From Cyanophora paradoxa CCMP329 (taxonomy: Eukaryota > Plantae > Glaucophyta), in the NCBI GenBank assembly GCA_004431415.1, contig QPMI01000066.1, forward strand, positions 186,001 to 250,000: 64,000 bases of DNA. Reading direction: 5' to 3'. Shown here one piece after another: positions 11,887-23,300 of this stretch (its first letter is position 1; every line of letters starts with the position of its first letter). The translations under genes and the position numbers were made by a program. Below the pieces are notes generated by a model. That model saw only the letters and a list, made by a program, of their open reading frames with translations. It had not been told where the DNA came from and made no database searches.

Positions 11887-14800
11887 CTACGAGTCCTCCT
11901 CCTCATCCTCCTCCTCGCGGGGCCAGTCGTCGTCCCCCCTGCACCAGTTGTCGCCCTCGTCGTAGTCCCCATCCTCCTCCCGCTCCTGCGCCGTCCGCAG
12001 CGCCCACCGCCCCCGCACATCCAGCTCCTTGCGGCGTTCGCCCGCCCGTTGAGCCCTGCGGCTCGCCCCAAAGCGGAGGAGCGCGGGAATGCGCACCCGC
12101 ACTTGTCCTTCAGCGCTTCGAAGTAGGGCGCCCCCTTCAGCTCGCACAGCAGCCGGTGCCACTCCGACTCCGGCCCGCACCCGCCGCTGTGCGCCTTGTG
12201 CCACGCCCGCGCCCGCAGAACAGTCTGCGCGCCCGAAACTTAAAATGAAGAAACAAAGACGTCGACCAGCCTCTGCAAATTCGCAAATTCGCTTAAACGT
12301 TAACGTACGCAATTAAACAGTTCGCATAATTCGTTGGCGAGCTTCTCTTTGTCTTTGTCCACTTCGGAAGGATATTGATTGACCTCGAAATTGAGACTCA
12401 TGTGGAGGCCCAGCACCAGAACAGCCTGCGGGCAGCGCCGCTGAGCACGAGGGCAGCTCGGGAGCTCGGGCGCAGAGCACAGGGCCACCTCGCGCAGGAC
12501 GGGCCGGGAGAGCTCGCAGGCGAGGGGGGCGTCCACAGCCGCGACCATCCAGAGCAGGTCCATGTACCCCTGCCGCGCCCGTTGGAGTCGACTCTCAGAC
12601 GGGGCGGGACGCGCGCACCGTGTAGAGGCGCTTCTTGGTCTCCAGCGACGCCTCGGGGGCGACCGTGGGCAGCTGCAGGAGGGTGTCTCCCCTCGCGCCG
12701 CGCTCGAAGCCGCGCTTGAACCTGCAAGTGCGAGAGATGGACGGCGTGGTCGTCTCAGATTTGGGGCGAGACAGCAGGAAATTCAAGCGAATTTCTGGCG
12801 CACGTTTCGGCCAGGAAGGCGCGGAGGGGCGGCCAGTCGCCGGGCGCGTTGGGGCCGGGCGCGGGGTCGTGGTCGGCGACGGGGTGCTCGGTGAGGAGCG
12901 GGAGGAACGCGATGGGCCGGTCCTTGGACGCCGCGTGGCTGCGCGGGGGCGTGAGGACAGCAGAGCTGGCAGAGTTGGCAGAGCTGGCAGAGTTGGCAGA
13001 GTTGGCAGAGTTGGCAGAGTTGGCAAAACCGGCTCGCCCGCGGAGGAGGCAGGCGAGGAGCTGCAGCGTCGGGCGGCCGCGGGCGACGGCCCTCGCGTAG
13101 GGGGCGACGTGGAGGCCGAGCCTGCGGGCCCGGAAGGGCGGGGCTCAGCCGCAGGAACGAAAGACAGACGAGGGGCGGAGCGGCGCGCGCCCGAAGCGGA
13201 AGAGCGACTCGAAGAGCAGCTCGAGGAGCGCGGGGGGGCCCCTCCCGACGGCGCTGGGCCAGTGCTCCATCAGCGCCGCGTCGCGCTCGGCGACGAAGGC
13301 GGGGGAGGCGGGGGGCCGGCCGCCCCGCGCCGCCTCCAGGAAGCGCCAGTGGGGCACCAGGCGGAAGAGCGCCAGCGCGCCCTCCGGCGTCACTGCGCCC
13401 GAGGTCGCGATCGGCCGCGGAAATCGAGCGGAAATCGAAGGGACGGCGGGGCGGACCGCAGGCGAGGCGGGCGATGGCGTCGGCGGCGGCGGCGACGGCC
13501 TTCACGTCCGACTCGACTCGGCGAGCATCGACTCGGGCTCCGGGAAGGGCCGCAGGTCCGGGGCGCCGCCCAGCTCGATCGCCCGTCGCGCCGCGGCCTC
13601 CGCCAGGCGCAGAAGATCCCCGCCCGCTGGCGGCGGCGGCGGCAGCGGCGGAGCGGGGGCGGCGCCGGACGGGGGCGGCAGCGGAGGGGCGAGGAGGGCG
13701 GCGCAGAGGGCGAGGGCGGAGGTGCCGCGGGCGGCCGCCAAAATCCCGCGCTCGACCAGCGCCTCGACCGGCACGCTCTGGAGGAGGTCCTGCAGAGCAG
13801 AGTCAGCGCGGCAGCTGCAGGCGAGGGCAGTGAATTCGAGCGGCCGGGCTCGCCGGAAGGACGTCGGCCGCGGTGATAGAGCGGTGGGCTGCGATGGCCG
13901 CGCGGACGGCCGCCGGGAGGACGGCCTCGCCCGCGGCGCGGGCCGCAGGCGGGATCGACTCGTCGTCCCCCGCCTTGATAAGGATTTCGAGAACGGTCCA
14001 GACGTTCTTCAGGTCGTCCGAAGACTGTACATATGCGAGGAAGCTTAAGCCCAATCGCATTCAAATCCATCTATTACGAGGGAACCAGCGAGGGAGCTAG
14101 ATGCGTGCGATCCTACCTGCTCAAGGCGTGCGTAGTACGGCGCGAGTTCTGCTGAAGTGGGGGCGGGTTGCCATGCGTCGTCTGCGGAGAAGTACGTGCA
14201 GACTGCGACGGCCTTGGGAAAGTAGTCGTGGCCACGGACGTTGTGCCGAATCTCGCGAGCCTGCTTGACAGCTTGCAACAGACGCTCTTTCCTCGGGGGC
14301 TCTGGTGCGCCAGAGATCGCGCGCTGCAGCGACGCGACCGTCAGATCGAACGAACGGATTCGAACATTAATGCATATGCGCGGGCGTGCCTGGAGGTACT
14401 CTTCTGCGGCAGAGGGGCGGCGGCTCGCGATGGACAACCGGATGGCGGCGGGAAGGGCCGCCATCGCGCGCTGGCGCGTCGCAGCGGGGAGCAAGGGGTC
14501 GGTCGCCGCCTCCGCGAGATGCCTGACGAGCTCATTCCAGTCCAACTTGCACGCCGAAGCCCTGCCGCACGACCCAACGCGGGCACAGTACGCGGCGAGC
14601 TCGACCGCGAGGAGCGTCCGTCCTTGGTGGTGAAGGCGATAACAGCAAAGTGTCCTGAAGACAAACTCTGCTTCAACCTGAAACCCGGCGTCTCCAGCTG
14701 CAGCGAAGCGCTCCGGAGCGAAGGAGGGATCCGTGAGCGTCGTAACGACCTCCGCATCGCTGGCATCCTGAAACTGAAGCGGCGCTCATGCTCATGACCA

Positions 14801-17800
14801 GTATCTTCCATGACGTTCCATGGCGCACCACATTCGAATTCAAGGCCCAGACGCGCACATGGCTCGAGCCGCACCAATGCTCGTTGTCGGACAGCAACGC
14901 GCTTGTGTCGACGTGGTTCCTGCGCGCGTGTATGCATTGGTAAGCGGCGAGTCCGGAAGAAATCGACATGACAGCTACATGTACAGTTTGAAGCTTTTGT
15001 AGCTCACCCATTGACGTCGCGATGTGCGACGGCGAAGTCAAGTGCAAAGCGGCATGCTCGGAGCGCAGCGTCTGTGTTGGACTTCGCCGGACACGCATCA
15101 GAGAGATCAAGAGACATCAAATTAAAATCGGAGCACAGCCGGACCGCTTCCTTGTCATACAGGTCGACGGCGTAGGCGAAGAGCCCCTGTACAGTGGCGC
15201 CGAAACCTCCCGCGAGATAGTTGGCGCGCGCCTGTGCCTCCGGACTTCCGGGCGGCTGCAAAGGGAGCGCCAACTTCAGCGACCACGGGCGCCTAAGCAC
15301 AGCAATGAAATAAGGCTCTGGGCGCGCCTCCGTCTCCCAGCGGTTCAGAAGTTCGACAACTGCAGCCGATTCAGACAGATGGCCGCATGCGAGTTTGAGT
15401 ACAAAGGGCTCACGGTAATTGAAGCCCTTGAAGTCATCGTCGCCAACTGGAGCGCTGTGCAAAAACCGAAGCTTCACGATCAGCGCGCGGTGCAAACGTC
15501 AACGATGTTCCGGGATCTTGCACAGAGCGCACGCGGAGTAGTTCCCGCATTTGCTGTGGCGGCGGAGGGCCCCAGAGGCAACCGAGAGTGCGAGGGCCGG
15601 CTGGCCGACCCGCACGAAGGCCTCTGCGGCCCGCCAGGCGCCGGGCACGTAGCGGCCGAACTCGGTCACGACAGTGGCGCACGCCTCGAGCAGTACCTGC
15701 AAGCGTGAACGTGTGAATGAGCGCCCCGCGCGAAACTGGGCGTGAAGCGAACTCGGTGCGCAGCATTTACTCACCAGCGCGCGCCCTTCCTCCGTGGCGA
15801 CCTGACAGAGCGTTCCCTCCGTCCGAATGAGGCGCTCGAACGCAACCGCTTCGCCGCCACCCGTCACGAGTTCGCCAGCGGCGCGGCCTGCTTCTCGGAA
15901 CAAGAAGCCCTCGGGGGCCATGCCGGGCGCCAACCATGTCTGCACGCATTATAATCTCGTCAGGTCAAATTGGCCACCAGGGGCGAGAGTATTGTAAAAC
16001 AAGATAGAATTTGCGAGCCTTCACGAAGCCCAAAGCAACGTCGACGGCGCAGGCGAGGGCGTTGAGGATGGCCTTGGCCGTCAAGGACATTCGGTCGCTA
16101 GCGCGCTGAAAGTCGCCGTACCAGGCCAGCGAGTCGGAGTCCCAGGGATCCCTGCGCGCGTCTAGATCCTCAGAAAACGAGATGCGGAGAAGCCAGCAAG
16201 CAAATTAGAATAACAGAGCAGAGAGCGACGGGGCTTGCCTGGTCGGAGTCGGTTCGAAATCTTCCGACGGTGCTTCCCACTCGAAGTACTCTTCGGGGTC
16301 CAGTTCATATAAGAGACAAAAGAGCCCCCTATCTAGATTGTCTTCTTCAACGTCGCTGTCCGTCATCGCTTGGAAATAGGAAGAGAAACGGCCGTGCAGC
16401 TGCCGCGCCGCACGGGCGAGCAGCAGGAATGCGGCAAGCTGAGGCGCGCGCGGGTCACTGAGAGTCAGATGGGACTTGCTCTCGAGCAAATCGGATCCGG
16501 AGGCGCACCGGGTCCTCCTCGCGGTACTCTGCAGCCAGCGCCCGCAGGTCGCGGGGCGAGGAGCACAGGTCTGGAGAGAGGGCGTGCAGAGCGGAGCGGC
16601 GGCCGTCCCCCCTCGCCCGCGCGACACGCGCCAGCCACGCGCCGTTCTTTGTAGCCCGTGCAAAGCGTTCCGCCTCCGCAAAGCGCTCTGCGCCAAGCAG
16701 ATCAGGGGCTCGGCGGGCTGAACGCTTGCACACTTCAGCGGCGCTCACGAATGGAGAAAAGGCACTCGAACCACACCTCAACCTGAGAGGCTAGATCGCA
16801 AACGCGTTCGAGATGGATATAGTCCTCACAGTCTGCCAAACACTCCACCGCCTTGCTGCCAGTCACAGATCCGTCGAGGATGCACGTGATATCACTGCTG
16901 TAGATGTTCTGCGGGCGGCGACGCAAGCTGGCACAACCCGCAACCGCCTCGCTGCCAGTACTAGTCATAGAACCGACGAGGAGCCTGTTGGCAGTTGACG
17001 GTTCGTCGACTGCGCCGTGGCACAGGTAGAGGCCCGGGCATGCACATCTGTCAACCTTCAGGCGGTTCACAGCCAGTGCTGCTGCCTGGAGGCAGCGCTG
17101 CCGGAGCCCATCCGGCGCCTCGGGATGGCTGGCGGGGATCTGCGTGGCGCAAATCAGGGATGCTGAATTTCGAAAAAGCAAAACTAAAACAGCACCGCGA
17201 CAAGGCCAGTCAGGGCGCGAGCAAAGGCGGTGCAGCTGCCGTGCTCGGCGGGCACAACAGCGGAGAGGCGGGCGCTGGCGATCTCGACCAGCCGGACAGC
17301 CTTCTCCAGCTCGCCTTCTGCAGTCAGCTTCGCTGCCTCGCGGCGAAGCCTGTCGATGCACCTGCGGTGGCGCGGCCGTGGGCTCCGGGTTAGACAGGAA
17401 AAGGAAGTCATTATAGTCAAGTATTTAGGATCGACAGGCGATCATGATCAGGAGAATCGAGCTCGAGCTCAAGCGCACTGGATGAGGGGACGGAGGGGCG
17501 ACTCCACTCGGCGCTCTGTCAGTTTGAGACGTGGGTTGTCGCAAGGTACACACCACGTCAGAGTCGAACCCAACCCTGTGTAAAGACGTTCGCAAGTGAG
17601 CTACGGCGCCGCGGCCGGCGCCAACCCAGTGAACGCATTCAAATGACCTCGGCGGCCGCACCTGAATGGGAATGTGCTTCCGCGTCGCAGAGTGGGCAGG
17701 CAGTGCGGGCTTTCACGGCTCCGCCGTTGAAGGCGCGGACGGCGTCCTCCATCGACCGCAGGAACGGCGCCAGGTCCGAAGGGAGGCGAGCCCGCCGGGG

Positions 17801-18537
17801 GAGGCCGTAGAAAGGATCTTCGGACGCCTCCTTTCGGACCAGGGCCCCTTCGTCCTGCCGATCGCGAGGCAGTAAGAACGGGCGCGGCCGGCTGAGACCT
17901 AGCTCTAAAGCTTGGGCCGCGCACCGCGCGGGAGACGCAGAGAAGAACGGCTGCGGTGTGAGAGCAGAGAATGCTGCGCGATGAGGATCAGAGAATGAAG
18001 CCCATATCCAGCGGCCGCGCACCCCGCCTCCTCGAGCTCGCAGCTGCACTCGGCGGCGACGATGCACCCGTCGAGGGACACGACGACGCGCGTGCTGGCG
18101 AAGAGACCGCGCACGCACACCGACGCGCAAATGGCCAGAGCTGTCGGGCCCGGGCGGCAGGCCGGCGCTTCCGGATCCGCAGCGGCCGCGGCATCTGCAG
18201 CTGATTCGAATTCAAGACTCCAGCTCCCGCGCACCGAGCGCCCGTCGCGCAGGCGTTCCGCCTCGCTGAACTGCTCCTCCGTCGTGTATCCGCGGATCGT
18301 GCCTTCGCCGGGGCGCGTGTTCCAGAGCCCCAGTTCGAGCTCCGCATCAAATTCTGCGCCCAGGACTGCCGCGCACTGAGCGACGCGCGGCTTGCATTAC
18401 GCTTGCATCGGCGCACCTCTCCTCGCCCGCTTCGGAGCGCCAACGCCAGCGCGGCCGCTGGGCGTGGACGTCGACAGCCCTGCCTGCGCCGCCCCGGCCG
18501 CCTCGACGAGCGCCCGCTTGCCTCCTCGCTTCTTCAT
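11887..18537 (-). CDS. Large multi-exon SWIM zinc-finger protein, copy A
   Basis: Start MKKRGGKRAL; TIRGYTTEEQFSEAERL..VVVSLDGCIVAAECSC..CSHTAAVLLCV fits the SWIM CxC..CxH pattern. Long helical middle; acidic tail DDDWPREEEDEEEDS*. Exon-by-exon homology to 52044-58585. Confidence 0.75.
12960..13025. repeat. 9-bp coding tandem repeat (GCAGAGYTG)x7
   Basis: Directly visible; the paralog has 3 units at ~57528-57555. Confidence 0.9.
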
Positions 18538-18761
18538 GGGTCTACAACCGCGAGGAGAGCGCGCCGGGCGGCTGGACTCTGCCGGTGCGGCCGCGGGAAG
18601 TCCGGGAAAGAGGTGGGGGGAGTACGTGATTCTCCCAGCGAGTGGAGAAGCAAGCGAATAGCGGCGCGCGGGAGGAAAGGATTCGTGGAGCGAGCGAAAA
18701 GGCGCGCATAGCGGCGCGAGGAACGGAACAGCGCAGTGAAGGAGCACAGCGGCGGCTTGCG
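18538..18761. promoter_or_regulatory. Putative bidirectional promoter (SWIM-A / F-box), homologous to 51889-52043
   Basis: 224 bp between divergent ATGs. GGGAGTACGTGATTCTC...GCAAGCGAATAGCGGCG is shared, inverted, with the HECT/SWIM-B spacer. Confidence 0.6.
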
Positions 18762-20157
18762 ATGGCAATGCGAAATGTCGCCGTAGATCTGCCCGTCGGT
18801 CTGCTGCCATAAACGCGCCGCGAGCTGTTCCGCGTTCTAATCGGAGGCGAACGCGCAGACGTGTACCGTCGGCTCGAAGAGTACGCGGCGAGGAGCGGGT
18901 GTACGATCGCAAGCGCGGCCGCGTCGCTGCTCAGCGCCGCCCTGGGAACTTCGCCGAAGCAATTGCAAGCAACCACAGGCGCACCGTTCGACCAGCTGCC
19001 CGACGGCATCTTGTCCTTGATCCTCGAGTATCTGGGTTACGGGGCCGCGGCCCTCGCGCGGGCGGTCTGCCGGCGTTGGCGCGCGGCTGTCGAGGGCATC
19101 TCCTGGCGCGAAGTAGTCCTCGATGCGCCGAGCCCAGATTTAGATCTACATGCACTCGGCCGCCTGATCGAGGGCCTCGCCTCCGGTCCCGCTGCGCGTT
19201 CTCTCAAAGGGTGCGCATGCGTATGAGATGCGCAACGTCGACCCCTCCTGGGCGCTGACGCGCACTGCTGAGCTCGTGTCCCGCAGGATCCGCTGCAATC
19301 TCGAACTCACTGGAGCTGCCCTGCGCGCTCTTCCGCGGCTTGTCGCCCTAGAGCGCCTCCAGGGTCTAGATCTGCCAGGCCAGAGTCTGCAGGTCCGTGG
19401 GCCCGCTGCCGCCGCCGCCCGCCCTCCTGGATCCAATTTTGAACCCGGCGCGCTTCAGTTGGGCTCCGACGTGAAGAAGGCCGACCTTGCAGCGCTGGGC
19501 TCCTGCCCTTCGCTCAAGAGCGTCGGGCCGCTGCGCGCTGGCCGCGGGGACGGCTCACCTCTGCTCGCTGGGCTCACGGAGGCTTTCAAGAAGACTTCGT
19601 CCTTCGCCGACGTCGATCTGTGGCTCGGTGCGCCCCCCACGCCGGCGCTCCACCGCCGCCCCCCCTGATGCCGACAGAGCAGACGCGCTGCCGCCGCCGA
19701 AGCCGCTCAAGGCGCTGGCCCGCGCCGCCGGCAAGCGCCCTTGCCTCCGCGCGGATGTCGACTTCTCGTTCCGCTCGTCGCTCCCCGGGGCCGCGGTGGA
19801 GGCCTAGGCGGCCGCCGCGGCGCTGGCGGACGCCCCGCCCCGCCGCCTCGTCTTCGTCGCCGCCGCCGACGGCGGGGACCCCGGCCGGCTGGTGAACCTC
19901 GTAGCGTTCGCCGACTGCCCTGTCGACGAGCTCGAGGTCCGTAGCAGTGATCGCTCGCGAATGCCGGGGCCGGGGCCCGGGCTGCCCCCGATGGACCGGA
20001 GGCCGCCCGCGCGCAGGTGATCGTTCGCCTGGATGACGTCGTCGACCCTTTCGGGCTGTGGTCGGACAGGGAGATGGCCCGGAAGATGACGCGCCGCGCG
20101 CTCGCCGCCGTCCTCCCCTCGGCCCGCTTCAAGTTCGAGGGCGAGGAGTACAGCTAG
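18762..20157 (+). CDS. F-box protein with N-terminal RHH-like motif and LRR-like C-terminus; in-frame TAG at 19805
   Basis: Intron 18799-18858 joins MAMRNVAVDLPV+DVYRRLEEYAARSG. F-box FDQLPDGILSLILEYLG..ARAVCRRWRAAV is followed by Leu-rich repeats (LAALGSCPSLKSV). Confidence 0.75.
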
Positions 20158-20367
20158 CTAGTCCGGGACCCGGAATTCGGGCCCGCGGCTCGCAATTCCT
20201 CTTAGGATTATTTAATTAGCTCAGCTTTTCGCTTTTTTCTTTATAGCGTGTATGAGCGCGTCAGCTTGGAGAGTGTTTTCTTGTTTGAAAAAACGTCATT
20301 CAATCTCACAGCGGACAAAAATTCAGTATACGTATACGTACGGGCGCGCCTCATATCAGAATTACGG

Positions 20368-23300
20368 TCACGCCCTGCGGGGGAAGGCGCGGTGGAGGGC
20401 GGCGGCGATGGCCTCGTCCACGAGGGCGGCGACCTGCGCCTCCAGCAGCGCCTCCGCCCGCGAGTCCCGCCGCGCCGCCGCCGCCGAGGCGCGCCGCGCG
20501 GCGGCGGCGGCCGCCGCCCCCTCCGGGTCCTCCTCCGCCTCCTCCGCGATGGACCCGAGCGCGGAGACGGGCCGCGGGCTCCCCGCCCTGGGCCCCGCGC
20601 TCGCCGGCCGCTGCTCGGGCGGGCCCTCGGCCCACGCCGGCGCCGCCGCCTCGTCCTCAAAGAAGCCTCCGATGGCGCTGTCGGGCCGGAATGCGACGAG
20701 GCTCTCCTCGTAGACGGGGCGCGGGACGTGCACGTCGGGGCAGCGCGCGCGGATCGCGTCCAGCAGGCCGTCCGCCCTCGCCACCGTGTTCCGCATGGCG
20801 GCCGCCAGGTAGTCGGCGAGCCCGGCGCCGGCTCCGGCATCCAGCCGCCGCGCCGCGTCGATGGCGCGGCAGCGGCCCGCCGCCTCCCGCGCCGCCGCCT
20901 CCGCCGCCGCGACCGCCGAGGCGACCCCCTTGGCCTTCCAGAGCGTGCCGCGGAAGGCGTGGATGAGAGCCTCGGCGGGGCCCATGTACGGCTCGGCGAG
21001 CATGACGGCCGGGCCCGGGCGGTACCGCTCCGCCTCCGCCTTGGCCCGCTCCCTCGCCTCCCGCTCCGCGCGCTCCGCGCGGATGCGCTCCGTGAGGCCG
21101 ACGCGCTGCGGCCCGCGCTGCGCCGCCTCGGCGCCCTCCAGCGCCCGCATCTTCCGCCGCGTCCGCTGCGCGCGCGGCCGGTCGACGTCAGACGCCGCTC
21201 GTCAAAAGAAGGAAGGAAGGAGAGGGCGGACCTGCATAGCGATGTAGTGGCGCCAGCCGCGCCACACGCGCTTCGTCAGCTTGCGCCCCGCGTCCGAGGC
21301 CATCCACTTTTCCAGCGCCCGCCGGATCTTCCCCTGCCGCTGCGCGCGCCGCCCCAGGCTCAGCGTGGCGTGCGCGGCGCGGCGCGGCGCGGCGCGGCGC
21401 ACGTTCGCCTTGTCGGCCGTCCAGGCGACCCAGCGGGTGAAGAAGGCGCGGGCGAGCTGCCTCCGGCCGTGCCGCTCGGCGGCGGCCCACTTGGCTCGCT
21501 TCGCGTCGCGCCGGGCGATGCACGCCGCGAAGGCGCCGAGGCCGTTGCGCAGGAGGCGCCCCCGGCTGTGGCGGGCCGCCCGCCTCCCGCCCTCGCCCAG
21601 CGCGTGGAAGGCCCGGCAGCGCGCGAAGGACCTGTGCGAACCAAGTCAGGGGCGAACGAAGAGGGGGGGGGGGGGGAGAAGAAGGGCGCTCGCCTTCGGA
21701 GGAGGGAGGCGGAGGCCATCGCCGCGGCGGCCCCTCGAGCCGCGCGCGGCGCCTGCGGTACTCGACGAGGCCGCGCAGGAGCCGCCAGCCGCGCCGCGCG
21801 GTCCACCGCCGAGCGAGCGCCGCGGCCCGCGCCTCGCCCTCCGGGGACGACGGGGCGTCCCAGGGGTCGGCGGGGGCCTCCTCCGCCGGTTCTAGGGACA
21901 GGGCGGGGGGTGCTGTAGGGGCCGCCTCGAGGCCGGCCTCGCCCTCCGAGTCGCGCGGGGGCGAGGGCGGCAGGACGGCGAGGACAGGCGCGGCCGGGAC
22001 CGGCGACGGGGACGGGGCGGGCTCGGCCGCAGGGGCGGCGGCCTCGGAAGGCGGCGGCGCAGGCGGGGCGGCCTTGGCGCTGTCGACGTCTGCCGCCGCA
22101 GCGACTGGGGCGGGTTCAGCGGCTGCCGCTGTCACGGTCGGAGAATCTGCTGCGAGGGGCGGCGCGGGGGAAGCAGCCTCGCCTGCACTGCTACTTTGGT
22201 CCGCGGCCGGGCCGAAGGGCGGCGGCGGGCGCTCGGGCGCCCCTCGGGGCGGCCGGCCGCTCGGCCTCGGCCTCGGCCTCGGGAGGCGGTGCCGCCACCG
22301 CTTCGCCCCGCTCCGCTGGCGCTGGCGCCGGCGCCGGCGCCTGAGCCGCCTTCGACGGCGCCGGCGCGGCCGCGGCCGCGGCCGCGGGGCCGGCGCCCGG
22401 CTGCTGGCCGGCCGCGGGGCCCGCCATCTCGCCGGGGAGGGCCGGCCCCTCGGGGGTAGGACCTCCATGTGAGCGTGGGCCGCCGCCGGCGGCGCCACAA
22501 TGACCGTGCGGACGACGGGGCTCGAGAGCGCCGCCGCCGCCTCCGGCGCGACCGCCGCGCGGGCCCCGGACAGCGCCGCCGCCAGCGCCGCCGTCTCGAC
22601 CAGCGCCGCGCGCAGTCGGTCCCGGTCCTCGGCCCCCGGCGACGGTGAGGTCAGGCCGCCGCCCTTGCCCTTCGCGGCGTGCTCCGCGGCGGTACCCCCA
22701 CGGAGGCGTGCAGGTCCTCGACTGTCGCCTTCAGCGCGAAGCGGCGGCGCTCCTGCGCGAGGGGTTTGAGTGAAGCAAGCAAGGAAAGGCGGAGAGGCCC
22801 GGCCCACCTCGGGCTCGGAGGCGTGCAGGGCGGCGTGGGCGCGGGCGACGGCCGAGTGCGCCAGGGCGACGAGGGCGGCGTCGACGGGGGCGGCCGGCGC
22901 GGGGGCGCCCAGCGAGCAACGCAGGCCGGCGTTCGCCTCCAGGACCTCCCGCAGGGCCGCCGAGACGGGCGAGACGGCGGGTGGTTGTTGGGGCGGCTGC
23001 GCCGGCTCCGAGGCGGGGGCCGGGGTGGGGGCGGGGGCGGGGAGCGAGGACTCTGCCGGCGGGGCGGGCGGGGCCGGGGCGGCTGCGCGGCGGCCGCCGG
23101 CGCCGCCTGGTCTTCGGGGCGGGCGGCGGGGCCGTCGGGCCTCGACGGGCGCCGCCGGCCCCGGCTTCTCATCGGACGCCGGGAGGGCAGGCGCCGGGGC
23201 TCCGGTGCAGCTGGGAGCTCCGCCGCCGGCCCAGGCGCCGGGAGCTCTGCCGCCGTGGGCTCTGCGGCTGGAGCGGCCGATGACGACGACGCCGGCGCCC

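Noticed and set aside
7600-18700. A single segmental duplication giving 39.6-58.6 kb
   Set aside because: The EF-hand-like copies are direct but the SWIM copies are inverted, the MITE TSDs differ and the intervening sequence is unrelated, so these were separate events.
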